A stretch of 64,000 nt of DNA from Spirochaetia bacterium (GCA_963662265.2 CAXXHA010000014.1:21756-85755); one strand, 5' to 3'; shown: positions 40,038 to 50,194, numbered from the stretch's first letter. The notes: generated by a model from the sequence alone, not told the origin. Made by a program: numbers and translations.

Positions 40038-41361
40038 TGATGAGAAAAATATTCGGCTCGGCCTGGGACAGGCTCTTGAGGGGGAAGGTTATAATACTTT
40101 TCTTGCTGAAAACGGGTTGAAGGCTCTTGAGATAATAGAAAAGGAAAACATTGATATTGTCATAACAGACCTGAGAATGCCAGAAATGGCAGGAGAAGAG
40201 CTTCTAAAGCGGATATCCAGGGATTATAAAAATATACCGGTAATAATACTCACAGGGCACGGGACTATTGAAAATGCTGTCCAGACAATGAGAGATGGTG
40301 CATATGATTTCATGACAAAGCCTCTGAACCTTGATCATCTCTTCCTGATTATTAAAAGAGCTCTGAAAAATAGGGAACTTGTGCTCAGCAATAAGGCGCT
40401 GCAGGAGGAAGTTGAGAAAATCAGAAACGACAAGCTGAAAATTGTCGGAAAGAGCAGCGCAATCAAGAAAGTCCTCGATACAGTGAAGCAGGTTGCATCA
40501 ACAAGGGCATCTGTACTCATAACCGGTGAGAGCGGGGTTGGAAAAGAGGTTGTTGCGGATGTTATTCACAGTATATCAGACAGGAAGGATAAGCCTTTCA
40601 TAAAAGTCCACTGTGCAGCCCTATCAGATACTCTGCTTGAAAGTGAGCTTTTCGGGCATGAAAAAGGAGCTTTCACAGGTGCGGTTGCAAGGAAGAGGGG
40701 CCGTTTCGAACTTGCTCATAAAGGTACTATATTTCTCGATGAAATAGGGGAAATAAACCAGTCCACACAGATAAAACTGCTCAGGGTGCTTCAGGAAAGG
40801 ACTTTTGAACGGGTTGGTGGAGAGGAGACAGTAAGTGTCGATGTAAGGATAATCTCAGCGACAAACAAGGATCTTGAAAAAGAGGTTGAAAAAGGAAATT
40901 TCAGGGAAGATCTTTATTACCGTCTCAATGTTGTGAAGCTTGATATTCCCCCCTTGAGGGAAAGAAAAGATGATATCCCGCTTCTTGTTGCAACATTTCT
41001 GAAAGATTTTTCAAAGGAAAATAATAAAGTTATTGATGGAATCGACCAGAAGGCTCAGTCTGCACTATATAATCACAACTGGAAGGGGAATATCAGGGAG
41101 CTGAGGAATTGTATTGAAAGCGCAGTAGTCATGACCCGGGAGAATATTATAACTTTTGATGATCTTCCGCTTTCTGTTAAAAATGACAGCTCATCAGGTT
41201 TTATTAATATCAAGACAGGCGCTACCATGGAAGAGGTTGAAAAAATTGTTATACAGAGCACTTTAAGCAGTCTGAACGGAAACAAGAGCAGGACAGCCGA
41301 AGTGCTTGGTATTGGGAGAAAAACTCTTCACAGAAAGCTTAACGAGTATAATATCCAATAA
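40012..41361 (+). CDS. Sigma54-dependent response regulator (REC-AAA-Fis HTH; Rrp2/NtrC-like)
   Basis: DD/D/K receiver; GESGVGKE, ESELFGHEKGAFTGA, FLDEIGE, FREDLYYRL, GNIREL; C-terminal HTH. Confidence 0.95.
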   Translation: MEFSILVADDEKNIRLGLGQALEGEGYNTFLAENGLKALEIIEKENIDIVITDLRMPEMAGEELLKRISRDYKNIPVIILTGHGTIENAVQTMRDGAYDFMTKPLNLDHLFLIIKRALKNRELVLSNKALQEEVEKIRNDKLKIVGKSSAIKKVLDTVKQVASTRASVLITGESGVGKEVVADVIHSISDRKDKPFIKVHCAALSDTLLESELFGHEKGAFTGAVARKRGRFELAHKGTIFLDEIGEINQSTQIKLLRVLQERTFERVGGEETVSVDVRIISATNKDLEKEVEKGNFREDLYYRLNVVKLDIPPLRERKDDIPLLVATFLKDFSKENNKVIDGIDQKAQSALYNHNWKGNIRELRNCIESAVVMTRENIITFDDLPLSVKNDSSSGFINIKTGATMEEVEKIVIQSTLSSLNGNKSRTAEVLGIGRKTLHRKLNEYNIQ

Positions 41362-41401
41362 CATAACTAGAGCCTGAATAGTTTCCGGATAAGAATTATT
41401 T

Positions 41402-43318
41402 TTACATATTGCTTGCATTAACAAGATCAAAAAGATTATCTCTTCTCAGTTGTTTTTTCACCCAGTCTGATAAAGAGACACTGTCAAGGCTGCATTTTTT
41501 TAATAACTCATACCTTGTTCCGTGTGGTATGAACATATCTGGTATTCCTCTGGTAAAACATTTTACATCTGTTATGTTTTCTGAAACAATCCTGTAAAGA
41601 TATTCAGAAATTCCACCGAGGGATGCACAATCTTCAATTATGAAAATATGGGAATATGAACTCCATTCTTCAGAAATATGCTTTTCATCCAGCGGTTTAA
41701 TTGTTCTGATATTGTAAGTATCTGTATAAATTTTGGATTCTGATAATAGTATTGATGCATTATATATCTCACTGTAAAGAGAGCCTGTTGAAACAAGCAG
41801 AATATCCGAGTCTTTGTTTTCTCCAAGACTTCCTGTTCCCGGGGTAAAATCGCTTTCAAGCCCGGGATATGACAGTGGACATTCTGCTTTTGGATACCTT
41901 ATTACAACAGGTATATTTGTATTTAAGGAATATTCAAGCATTTTTTTAAGTTCAGTTTCACATGCAGGTGATAAAATCATTAATCCAGGGATTGATCTCA
42001 AAAGGGGAATGTCATAAATGCCCTGATGTGTCTCTCCGTCGCCCCCCACAAGGCCGGCTCTGTCAAGGATTATTGTGACAGGCAGACTGGAGAGGGCTGC
42101 ATCATGAATTATCTGGTCTACCGCTCTCTGCATAAATGTTGAGTATAATGCCACAACTGGTTTCATCCCTGATATTCCAAGGGTTGCGGCGAAAGTAACA
42201 GCATGCTGCTCTGCTATTCCCACATCAAAAAAACGGTCCGGGTATTTTTCAGCAAAGGCTGCAAGCCCGGTTCCTGATGTCATAGCAGCTGTCACAGCAG
42301 CAATACTGCTGTCTTGCCCGGCTTTCTCTGTTATGTATTTGGAAAATACCTGTGTAAAAGTTTTTGTTTTTATATCATTACTACTATTTATATCGGGTGG
42401 AATTCCGTGAAAAACAGACGGATTTGTTTCAGCTTTTATATAACCCTTTCCTTTCTGTGTCATGACATGGAGCAGTACAGGCCCGTTAAGCCTTTTCACT
42501 TTTTCGAGAAATTTGACAAGAAGTTTGATATTATGGCCGTTAACAGGCCCTATATACTGGTATCCCAGGTCTGAAAAAATCGTCTTCCTGTAAAAAACAG
42601 CTTTAAAAGCCTTCTTGAACCTTCTGATTAAATTCATTGACGGTTTTCCTATCACCGGAACAGAAGTAAGTGTCCTGTCAAAAGTTTTTCTGAAAAACTG
42701 ATAACTTTTTAATGCTGTTATACCTGTCAGATGCTTTGATATAGCCCCGACATTTTTACTTATTGACATATCATTGTCGTTAAGAATTATTATCAGGTCA
42801 TCAGGAAGAGTTCCGCTGAAATTCAGCGCTTCAAGAGCCATGCCGCCTGTCAGTGCCCCGTCACCGATCACTGCAATTACTTTGCCGGGTATTCCCCTGA
42901 TTTTCTGTCCTGAAAGAATACCTGCTGCCACTGATATTGAAGTTGATGAATGCCCTGTGTTTATAATATCATGGGAGCTTTCATCAGTTCGGGGAAAACC
43001 GCTTATCCCCCCCATTTTCCTCAAAGTGGAAAACCTGTCTTTTCTCCCTGTAAGCAGCTTGTGGCAGTAGCACTGGTGTCCGACATCCCAGATAATTTTA
43101 TCATCAGGTGAATTGAAAACCCTGTGAATAGCTATTGTAAGTTCCACCGAGCCCAGATTGGATGCAAGGTGTCCGCCGTTCTTCATTACTGTTGAAATAA
43201 TTTCCCCTCGTATCTCTTCTGCAAGCAAATCAAGATCAGATAACGGTAATTTTTTTATGTCGGAAGGACTGTTTACTGAAGAAAGTAATGAAGATTTTTC
43301 AACCATGTTTAACTCCAA
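41402..43318 (-). CDS. dxs: 1-deoxy-D-xylulose-5-phosphate synthase
   Basis: GGHLASNLG, WDVGHQ, GHSSTSIS, GDGALTGGMA..NDN, DVGIAEQHA, YSTFMQRA, DGETHQG. Confidence 0.95.
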   Translation of the reverse strand: MELNMVEKSSLLSSVNSPSDIKKLPLSDLDLLAEEIRGEIISTVMKNGGHLASNLGSVELTIAIHRVFNSPDDKIIWDVGHQCYCHKLLTGRKDRFSTLRKMGGISGFPRTDESSHDIINTGHSSTSISVAAGILSGQKIRGIPGKVIAVIGDGALTGGMALEALNFSGTLPDDLIIILNDNDMSISKNVGAISKHLTGITALKSYQFFRKTFDRTLTSVPVIGKPSMNLIRRFKKAFKAVFYRKTIFSDLGYQYIGPVNGHNIKLLVKFLEKVKRLNGPVLLHVMTQKGKGYIKAETNPSVFHGIPPDINSSNDIKTKTFTQVFSKYITEKAGQDSSIAAVTAAMTSGTGLAAFAEKYPDRFFDVGIAEQHAVTFAATLGISGMKPVVALYSTFMQRAVDQIIHDAALSSLPVTIILDRAGLVGGDGETHQGIYDIPLLRSIPGLMILSPACETELKKMLEYSLNTNIPVVIRYPKAECPLSYPGLESDFTPGTGSLGENKDSDILLVSTGSLYSEIYNASILLSESKIYTDTYNIRTIKPLDEKHISEEWSSYSHIFIIEDCASLGGISEYLYRIVSENITDVKCFTRGIPDMFIPHGTRYELLKKCSLDSVSLSDWVKKQLRRDNLFDLVNASNM

Positions 43319-43394
43319 AATTATATCTTTTCAAAGACAGAAAGCATGATATTATTAGATTATAGTACATCTGAATTTAAAAAGCGGGAAAAAG

Positions 43395-44450
43395 TTGGAA
43401 ACTAACGAAATTATCAGGAAAAGAAAAGATGAGCATATAAAAATATGCCTTGAAAAAAAGGACTCTGTATATCCTGGCCGGGGAACAATAGGTGATGTAA
43501 AACTTGTACACCGCGCTCTTCCCGAGCTTGATCTTGACAGTATTGATCCCTCATCAGTTTTTCTGAACAAGAAATTATCCTTTCCCCTTATTATCGGCAG
43601 CATGAGCGGGGGGGGGGAATTATCTGAAAAACTGAACAGAACCCTTGGAGAAGCTGCTGCGGAAACAGGTGTCGGCCTTGCTCTTGGTTCAGGCAGAATT
43701 ATGCTTGAAAATAATGATTATTCTGCAAGTTTTGATATCAGGAAATACTGCCCGCAAAGCCTTCTTATTGCAAATCTGGGCGCTAATCAGCTGAACAGAG
43801 GACTTGAAGATGCAGTAAACAAAATTGCTGGTAAATCATCAGCAGATGCTGTTTATCTTCACCTTAATTCTGCACAGGAACTGATGCAGGTCGAGGGTGA
43901 CAGGGACTTCAGAAATATTGCCTCTAAAATCAAAAGTATTACAGGTTTAACTGATATACCGGTGGGTGTAAAGGAAACAGGCATGGGTTTTTCCTGTGAT
44001 GATATAGAGCTTCTTGAATCCTCGGGAATATCGTTTATCGATTCAGCAGGCAATGACGGCACAAACTGGGCGCTTATAGAAGGATACAGGTGGGATGGGC
44101 GGACAGGTAGAATTGCGGAGCCTTTTAAGGATTGGGGTATTTCAAGTCTTGAAAGTCTTAAAAACTGTCTTAAAATGAAAGACAGCTGTTTTATTGTATC
44201 ATCAGGCGGCATTACAAACGGTCTTGATATGCTTAAAGCAGTGATTCTCGGGGCAGATGCTGTTTCTGTATCACTTCCGTTTTTAGGGCCTGCTCTTCAT
44301 TCAACAGCTGCCCTTATAGATGAGATTAATTTATTCAGGGAAGTTTTTATCAGGGGCATGCTTCTTACAGGTGCCGGCTGTATTGAAAATTTGAAAGGGA
44401 ATTTATCTCTTATTTCTGATCCTGAAATAGTGAAAAAATTTAAATCATAA
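43395..44450 (+). CDS. fni: Type 2 (FMN-dependent) isopentenyl-diphosphate isomerase
   Basis: RKDEHI, HRALPE, MSGG, ANLGA, HLN..QE..Q.EGD, VKETG.G, GT.W, SGGI. Confidence 0.92.
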   Translation: METNEIIRKRKDEHIKICLEKKDSVYPGRGTIGDVKLVHRALPELDLDSIDPSSVFLNKKLSFPLIIGSMSGGGELSEKLNRTLGEAAAETGVGLALGSGRIMLENNDYSASFDIRKYCPQSLLIANLGANQLNRGLEDAVNKIAGKSSADAVYLHLNSAQELMQVEGDRDFRNIASKIKSITGLTDIPVGVKETGMGFSCDDIELLESSGISFIDSAGNDGTNWALIEGYRWDGRTGRIAEPFKDWGISSLESLKNCLKMKDSCFIVSSGGITNGLDMLKAVILGADAVSVSLPFLGPALHSTAALIDEINLFREVFIRGMLLTGAGCIENLKGNLSLISDPEIVKKFKS

Positions 44451-44468
44451 TTAATAATCAAAAAAATA

Positions 44469-45059
44469 TTACAGTTTTTCCAGAATAACCTTGTAAGCGT
44501 TCCTGAACTTGCCGGGGATGTTTTCTGTTTTTTCAAGTATATTGAAGTCCTTTTCCGCAGTTTCCTTACCCTCTGCAATGTATTTTTTTAGGATAAACAG
44601 TTCAGGAAGAGCATCACAGACCTGGAAGAGTGTTATTCCTCTCAGAAAACGGACAAGCCAGTGTGGATCTTCAGAGATATTATTAAAATCATTTCTCATT
44701 TTTTTAAGGTTTCTCATACCGAAAATCTTTTTTTCTCTTGCAAAATACCCGTTTACAACACCTGAAAGTACAGCATGCATGTCGTTTCTGCTATTGTTTT
44801 TTACCTGTTTCAACCTGTCCTCGGCTTCTCGCAAAAAAGACAGTTCAGGATCCAGCTGGTAAAGTCTTATTATAAGAACAGTATCAAGAATATTTTCTCT
44901 ATTCTCAAGAGAATAGTTATTAAACGATTTTCTGATTTTAATTATTTCAGATCTGTCTTTCAGCATGAAATAATTAATAAAATCAATTTCAATATCTTCA
45001 CATATAATTTTGAATGGAATAAGAAAAAAAAGAGTTATTGAATAAATTAATATTTTCAT
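44469..45059 (-). CDS. Hypothetical exported helical protein
   Basis: 196-aa ORF with hydrophobic N-terminus; ATG overlaps the acyltransferase stop (ATGA). Confidence 0.55.
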   Translation of the reverse strand: MKILIYSITLFFLIPFKIICEDIEIDFINYFMLKDRSEIIKIRKSFNNYSLENRENILDTVLIIRLYQLDPELSFLREAEDRLKQVKNNSRNDMHAVLSGVVNGYFAREKKIFGMRNLKKMRNDFNNISEDPHWLVRFLRGITLFQVCDALPELFILKKYIAEGKETAEKDFNILEKTENIPGKFRNAYKVILEKL

Positions 45060-45715
45060 AAAAGTTTAATTCCTTTCCTGTAATCCATGTTGCAGGCTGA
45101 AGTATCAGCCTCTTTTCTTAGATTTTCCAGTACTGTGCCGAGGAAACTAAAATCTCCAATAAAATTACTTGATGTTATTATCTCTCCCGGATTTGCTATT
45201 ATGTCAGGTTTTTTCCTGTTGTAATAATGTATTTTAAAAACAACAGGCAGAATTATGTAATCTGTTTTCTTAGAAATATATTTCAATGCTCCGTTTCTTG
45301 TTTCTATCTTTCCTGTTTCATATGGAAGTATTTCCCCCTGCGGGTATATGACTGAAACAGTGTAATTTTTTTCAAGTATACACGTAGCGTGTTCAAGACT
45401 TTCCATGACTTTTGACCTTGATCCCGGTTCAATCGAATAGGCTCCCGTGTAGCGGAAATACCAGTATTTTTCAAGCTGCTTCTCAAGCATCATGATTTTC
45501 ATGTTTTTATCTGGAAATAAGATTCTGCACAGTGTATGTATAAAAAAACCGTCCCACCATGAAAAATGATTCGGAGTTATGACAAAAGAGCTTATTTTTT
45601 CAGGTAAGTTAACCGGTTTTAACAGGTAAAATGAACTGAATGACTGCTTTAAGAGTAGTCTTATAAACGGGTAAAATATAATTTTAGCCCAGGAAGAGTG
45701 TTTTTCCTTTATCAT
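45056..45715 (-). CDS. PlsC-family acyltransferase (candidate carotenoid-glycoside acyltransferase)
   Basis: NHFSWWDGF (HxxxxD), GAYSI, IYPQG motifs; carotenoid-cluster context. Confidence 0.8.
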   Translation of the reverse strand: MIKEKHSSWAKIIFYPFIRLLLKQSFSSFYLLKPVNLPEKISSFVITPNHFSWWDGFFIHTLCRILFPDKNMKIMMLEKQLEKYWYFRYTGAYSIEPGSRSKVMESLEHATCILEKNYTVSVIYPQGEILPYETGKIETRNGALKYISKKTDYIILPVVFKIHYYNRKKPDIIANPGEIITSSNFIGDFSFLGTVLENLRKEADTSACNMDYRKGIKLL

Positions 45716-45805
45716 TATTATATAATTATCAAACCGGAGATAAACATTGTCAAATATTGAAAATTTTTTTTGCAGTTTCTTTTCCAATGAAATAAAATTA
45801 TATAG

Positions 45806-47692
45806 ATGAATTTTATTATATTAGCTAAAGAAGTTCCTGACATAACATTTATAAATCCGTTATCCTGGGACCATGAAAAGGGTGTTTTGAAAAGGGGAAA
45901 GTTACCTTCCCGTATAAATCCGCTTGATATTAAAGCCCTCGCATTTGCAAAAGATATTTCAAGTTATTATCCGGGAAAGTCGGTTATAGCCGCTTTATCA
46001 ATGGGACCGGAAAAATGCATAAATTCTCTTTACCGGTTAAGCGCTATGGGATGTGACAGGGCTGTTCTTGTTTCAGATAATCGTCTTGGAGGCGCAGACA
46101 CATATGCCACGTCTTATATTCTTTCTCATAGTATTCTAAAAATTATCAATAACTTCTTTTCAGGAAATTCCGAATTTATGATTGTATCGGGAATGCATTC
46201 GTCTGACGGCGATACTGCCCAGGTCCCTCCGCAGCTTGCACAGGCTCTTGGAATACCGGTTATTTCAAATGTATCAGGTATTACTCAAAACAATACGCCT
46301 GAGCTTTTATCATATGAACAGGATTTCTGCCGAATCACACCCCTTGTCAAGTTTCCATGCCTTGTCACCGTATCTGATTATTCTGCTGTAGTTTATCCTT
46401 CTTTTAAAAAGATGAGGATGGCCGAACTAAATAAAACAGTCGAGAAATGGGACATTGAGATACTAGGTCTTAAAAATAATATTACCAGCAGATTATTGTC
46501 CAGAACAAGTGTTAAAAAAATTTATCAGAAACAGAATGATATACCCAGGAAAAAGATAGAAATATCATCTACAGAGGAATTGAAAAGTATAATTGAAAAA
46601 TCTTTTCTGGAAATAAAAGAATCTGTTCAGCCAATTGAAATCCGAAAACAAACTGAAATTAAATCTGACAGGTATCCTGTATGTGTATTTGCTGAAGCGG
46701 AAAACAACAGCCTTACTTCTTTGACTCGACAGATAGTTTCCGAAGCCGGAAGAATTGCAGATAAGCTTGAATCCAGTCTTACAGCAGTCATATGCAGTAA
46801 TAGAAATGAAAATATTCTGAATCAACTGATTAATCTCGGCTGTGACAGAGTCCTGAATATTTATCCCGAACCTGATTGTCTGTATTCTGATATACTTATT
46901 TCTGATGCAGTTTCAAAAATTGCAGAAAAAAGAAATCCTTCAGTTTTTCTTTTTCCAGCGTCCCCTGAAGGTCGGATTGTCGCTTCAAGGACAGCATATT
47001 CACTTAAAGCAGGATTGACTGCAGATTGTACTGCTCTGAAAATAGTAAACGATAATGAAAACAAGAAAATCATGGTACAGACACGACCTGCCCTGGGTGG
47101 CAATATTACTGCCGATATTGTTACTGTAAACAGTTTTCTGCAGATGGCTACTGTTCGGGCAGGGGTTTTCAGTGAATTTATGCCGCTTTCAGGCAGGGAA
47201 GGAATAATTGAGCATATTGAGATAAAGAACAACTTCCCTGGCATTCATGTCAGAAAAGACTATTCAGCATTATTGAACTACCTGCCTGAAAAAAATGATA
47301 TAATTGTCAGTATCGGTGCAGGGATAAAAAGCAGAAAAGATGTTGAAAAAATTATAAAGCCGTTCGCTTTTTCACTAAAATTATTTTCCGGGACTCTGCC
47401 CCCTATTGCGGGAAGCCGTAAAGCAGTTGAAAAAGGGTATGTAGAAAGGAATTTTCAGGTTGGACAGACAGGCAAATCAGTATCGCCTGTAATATATATT
47501 TCAATCGGTATTTCAGGGGCAGTTCAGCATATAGCTGGTATAAAAAATGCAGGAACTGTTATTTCAATAAACACTGACAGAAGTGCCCCGGTCTTTGAAA
47601 ATTCAGATTACTTTATAATAGCTGATTATTCAAAGATAGTACCGGAAATCACCCAGCTTTTTATGAAAGATCCGGATGCTGTATATGCATGA
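45806..47692 (+). CDS. Fused electron transfer flavoprotein beta-alpha (EtfB-EtfA / FixA-FixB)
   Basis: N-half INPLD, SMGP, GADTYATS, DGDTAQV; C-half GLTADCT, TRPALGGN, QMATVR, QVGQTGK.V.P, GISGAVQH; single ORF. Confidence 0.88.
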   Translation: MNFIILAKEVPDITFINPLSWDHEKGVLKRGKLPSRINPLDIKALAFAKDISSYYPGKSVIAALSMGPEKCINSLYRLSAMGCDRAVLVSDNRLGGADTYATSYILSHSILKIINNFFSGNSEFMIVSGMHSSDGDTAQVPPQLAQALGIPVISNVSGITQNNTPELLSYEQDFCRITPLVKFPCLVTVSDYSAVVYPSFKKMRMAELNKTVEKWDIEILGLKNNITSRLLSRTSVKKIYQKQNDIPRKKIEISSTEELKSIIEKSFLEIKESVQPIEIRKQTEIKSDRYPVCVFAEAENNSLTSLTRQIVSEAGRIADKLESSLTAVICSNRNENILNQLINLGCDRVLNIYPEPDCLYSDILISDAVSKIAEKRNPSVFLFPASPEGRIVASRTAYSLKAGLTADCTALKIVNDNENKKIMVQTRPALGGNITADIVTVNSFLQMATVRAGVFSEFMPLSGREGIIEHIEIKNNFPGIHVRKDYSALLNYLPEKNDIIVSIGAGIKSRKDVEKIIKPFAFSLKLFSGTLPPIAGSRKAVEKGYVERNFQVGQTGKSVSPVIYISIGISGAVQHIAGIKNAGTVISINTDRSAPVFENSDYFIIADYSKIVPEITQLFMKDPDAVYA

Positions 47693-49274
47693 AAAAATTG
47701 ATTTAATTATTGCAGGTGGAGGGATTTCCGGTCTTTCCGCAGCACTAAGAGCGAAAAGAAAAAATCCTCTTTTATGTATTGCTGTAATTGATAAATCTGA
47801 ATACCCGGGCAGTGCAAATCTCTCTGGTGCTGTATTTGAGGCTGACTGTCTTGATGAGATAATTCCGGGCTGGAAGAACTGTAATGATCCCTGTCTGAAA
47901 AAAATCAGGAAAAACAAGGTTGAATCAGAAAGTCTTTATTATTTATCCGGGAAAAAGAATGTGAAAATTCACTCAATCCTTGTTCCCGGAAACCTTAAGC
48001 ATAAGAAAGACTACCTGGTTTCTGTGTCTGAACTCTGCAGATATCTGGCTGATAAATGCAGGTCCGAAGGTATAGGTGTTTATTTTGGCTATTCCATTGA
48101 AAGTATAATAATCGAAAACTCTGTTGCAAAAGGGATTATGATAAAGGAGCAGGGGCTTAACAGGAACGGGGAGAAATCAGGAAATTATCTTGAAAGTGAA
48201 AAAGTATATTCAGACTGCATAATAATAGCTGACGGATCACTCGGAAACCTGTCAAGAAATCTGATTTCTGAATATAAGCTTCAGAATAATATCAATCCCC
48301 AGGTTTATTCGATAGGAATAAAACAGCTGCTGAGAGTTAAAGACAGAACAGCAGGCAGGGTTGAAATTATAAATACACTCGGCTACCCATTGAAAAACAG
48401 CCAGTTCGGAGGGGGGTTTTTATATTTTAACAGCGATAACACAGCCTGTCTTGGACTTATTATAGCTCTTGACTGGCAATGTTATGATATTCAGCCGCAA
48501 AAGGAATTTGAACTTTTTAAACAGCATCCCTTTATAAAAAAACTGACCGGGAATTCTGATACTGTTGCCGCAGGTGTTAAGACAATTCCAGAGGGCGGTT
48601 TCTATTCTCTGCCTGTGCCCGGTATTCAGGGTGCACTTATAACTGGTGATGCAGCAGGCTTTGTGGATATATCAAAATTCAAGGGTCTGCATCTTGCAGT
48701 GCGGTCCGGGGCAGCTGCGGGAGAAACTGCTGTTCAGATACTTTCGGGAAAGGGCAGGAACTGGGATGATATCAAAATATATAGATCAAATCTTGAGAAG
48801 GCCTTTATATATGATGATCTTAAAAAAGCTGCTAATTTCAGGCAGGTTTTCAGTTCCGGTGGGGGAATTCTTACAGGTGCTCCTCTTTCACTCGTTCAGA
48901 AATATATTCCCTTTCCAATGAAAATCAGACCTGATAATCACTCAGTATCAAAAACACCCTGCGGTAAGGATTATCCAGATTATCCCGGAAGGGAATATTT
49001 TATTTCACTGACAGGGACATACCACAGGGATGAGCAGCCTTCCCACATTAAAATTAAAGATCCTGCTTTATGCAGAGAATGTGATGCCGGTTATGGGTGT
49101 CCCTGCGTTAATTTCTGTCCGGGTAATGTGTATCAGCTGGATGATAACGGTTTCTTGGAAATAAATTCTGCCAATTGTATTCATGATTATACATGCACAG
49201 TCAAATGCCCTTTCAATAATATTGACTGGACTGTACCTGAGGGATGCGGGGGACCGAGATATTTTGAAATGTAA
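47676..49274 (+). CDS. ETF:quinone oxidoreductase / FixC fused to FixX-like ferredoxin
   Basis: GGGISG FAD motif, SGAVFE, GGGFLY, IPEGG, GDAAGF..KG.HLA; C-terminal CREC..CPC..FCP..CIHDYTC...CP; start may be 47685. Confidence 0.85.
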   Translation: MLYMHEKIDLIIAGGGISGLSAALRAKRKNPLLCIAVIDKSEYPGSANLSGAVFEADCLDEIIPGWKNCNDPCLKKIRKNKVESESLYYLSGKKNVKIHSILVPGNLKHKKDYLVSVSELCRYLADKCRSEGIGVYFGYSIESIIIENSVAKGIMIKEQGLNRNGEKSGNYLESEKVYSDCIIIADGSLGNLSRNLISEYKLQNNINPQVYSIGIKQLLRVKDRTAGRVEIINTLGYPLKNSQFGGGFLYFNSDNTACLGLIIALDWQCYDIQPQKEFELFKQHPFIKKLTGNSDTVAAGVKTIPEGGFYSLPVPGIQGALITGDAAGFVDISKFKGLHLAVRSGAAAGETAVQILSGKGRNWDDIKIYRSNLEKAFIYDDLKKAANFRQVFSSGGGILTGAPLSLVQKYIPFPMKIRPDNHSVSKTPCGKDYPDYPGREYFISLTGTYHRDEQPSHIKIKDPALCRECDAGYGCPCVNFCPGNVYQLDDNGFLEINSANCIHDYTCTVKCPFNNIDWTVPEGCGGPRYFEM

Positions 49275-49294
49275 TAATTCTAAAGGAGCAAAAT

Positions 49295-50194
49295 ATGACA
49301 GCAATTAAAAAATTATTTGTTGCAACAAGATTCCCGTTTATATCTGTTACAGTTATACCTGTGCTTGCTGTGGTTTTTTATATGACTCAGGCAAACAGTC
49401 ATGTCTCTGTTTTTAATGTAATCCTGATTCTGATGGGTACAGTCCTGGCACATCTCGGAGCCAATACATTAAACGATTATTCAGACTGGGATGAGAGCGA
49501 CAGTATAAATATCAATTCAGGTCCTTTTAACGGTGGCAGCAGGACTTTCCTGGAAGGAAAGATGAAAAAAGATGAATTCCTTAAACTGTCTGTAATACTT
49601 TATGTTCCTGTTATTCTGATATGGATATACCTTGCTGTAAGAGAGGGTGTATCTGTATTACTAATTGGTATACTTGGAATTTTCTGCGGCATACTATATT
49701 CGGCAAAACCGTTCAGTTTCCAGAAGAGGGGGCTGGGTGAATTGCTGATCTTCGCAGCATTCGGTCCGCTTCTCACACTTGGAACTGCATATGCACTTGG
49801 TAGCAGCGAAAGTTTTTATTATATTCTTCTTGGGATTCCCTTCGGTTTTCTGACATTGAATATAATTTTTCTTAATGAAATACCTGATTATGAAGCTGAT
49901 AAATACACAATGAAAAATACATGGGTCGTAAGACTGGGAAAGAAAAAAGCCGGAAAAATATATCTGTTTATTCACCTGTTTTTTTATCTTTCTATGGCTG
50001 TTCTGTTTATACTCAATATCACTGGTATACTTACATTACTCATGCTTATTCCTGCAGTTATAATGTCAGTTTTTCATATGTGGAATTTCTTTAAAAATGA
50101 AATTATAACTGCGCAAAAATCACTTATCCGTTTTCAGTCAGCAGCAGGGATTCTTATTACTTCAAGTTTTATTCTATCTGCTGTTCTTTTATAA
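49295..50194 (+). CDS. menA: UbiA-superfamily prenyltransferase, MenA (DHNA polyprenyltransferase) type
   Basis: NTLNDYSD, GGSR, YSAKP....RGLGE, NEIPDYEAD...K.T.VVRLG; multiple TM segments. Confidence 0.8.
   Translation: MTAIKKLFVATRFPFISVTVIPVLAVVFYMTQANSHVSVFNVILILMGTVLAHLGANTLNDYSDWDESDSININSGPFNGGSRTFLEGKMKKDEFLKLSVILYVPVILIWIYLAVREGVSVLLIGILGIFCGILYSAKPFSFQKRGLGELLIFAAFGPLLTLGTAYALGSSESFYYILLGIPFGFLTLNIIFLNEIPDYEADKYTMKNTWVVRLGKKKAGKIYLFIHLFFYLSMAVLFILNITGILTLLMLIPAVIMSVFHMWNFFKNEIITAQKSLIRFQSAAGILITSSFILSAVLL

Noticed and set aside
45806-49274. Nitrogen-fixation fixABCX assignment
   Set aside because: No nif genes are nearby and the genes are fused and embedded in an isoprenoid cluster; family homology alone does not imply a nitrogenase role
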